A stretch of DNA of 64,000 nt from Rhina ancylostomus. Lineage: Eukaryota. The first letter of the stretch is position 1. Each line of letters opens with the position of its first letter. The stretch lies in contig JARFYF010000022.1 in NCBI GenBank assembly GCA_030265395.1, positions 40,964,895 to 41,028,894 of the forward strand. Direction: 5' to 3'. Positions 63,611-64,000 of this stretch are shown in pieces. A model generated the notes under the pieces. The model ran no database searches, was not told where the DNA came from, and saw nothing but the letters and a program-made list of their open reading frames with translations. The position numbers were made by a program, and so were the translations under genes.

Positions 63611-64000
63611 AATTTGCAGCTACATCACTTGCATGTAGGCCACTGGGACATGGGTCAATGCTATTAAGGAGCCATCTCTTGTGTCAGCTGCCCAGGCCAC
63701 CTGGAGAAAACCCGGGGGGAGGGGAAGGTGGGATGGGGAGGGGAGAGTGTGGAGTGCAGAAAAGAGAGCATTAAGAGAGGGAGGGATATGAAAGGACAAT
63801 GGGAGAAAGTAGAGGGAGCCAAAGGATTAAACAGTGCAGCATGGTGTAATGGACCCCTGGCGTGGGAAGGAGCCTCCTGAATGTGCTGTATCCCACGATT
63901 GGGACACTGGCACAACACTCAGTGGGGCCCCCAATCACAGCAACTAGTGAGTGCACTGATATTCCAACCTTTGTCAGTGCTGCCTGACCACAAAAGAGCA

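Noticed and set aside
1-64000. CRISPR arrays, operons, rRNA, miRNA or snoRNA genes
   Set aside because: No regularly spaced repeats or prokaryotic gene density; no miRNA or snoRNA recognised; the long hairpins seen are repeat-derived.

Overview
Eukaryotic, repeat-rich, apparently non-coding vertebrate DNA from a gapped draft assembly (12 N-gaps). The repeat inventory (V-SINE/HE1-type tRNA-derived SINEs, Deu-domain SINEs, CR1, L2, RTE and Rex1/Babar LINE fossils, Penelope-like fragments, a Gypsy fossil, solo LTRs) points to a cartilaginous fish, probably a ray; the taxon is inferred from recalled repeat families. I recognise no host protein-coding exon. Every ORF with recognisable protein motifs is a retroelement remnant. 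Between the repeats lie several repeat-free, motif-dense blocks that look like conserved non-coding enhancers, suggesting a gene desert or a very large intron near a developmental gene. Most notable observations: (1) palindromic Penelope-derived mini-elements with target-site duplications, one with back-to-back hammerhead-ribozyme-like cores; (2) a Gypsy fossil keeping gag, protease and integrase but lacking RT/RNase H; (3) two local templated duplications (one direct, one inverted) inside old elements; (4) a solo-LTR family flanked by GTTT at both loci; (5) V-SINEs with two different LINE-derived tails; (6) a weakly supported minus-strand spliced non-coding transcript. No clearly novel biological system can be demonstrated from sequence alone. 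Repeat boundaries are approximate unless exact termini are quoted.
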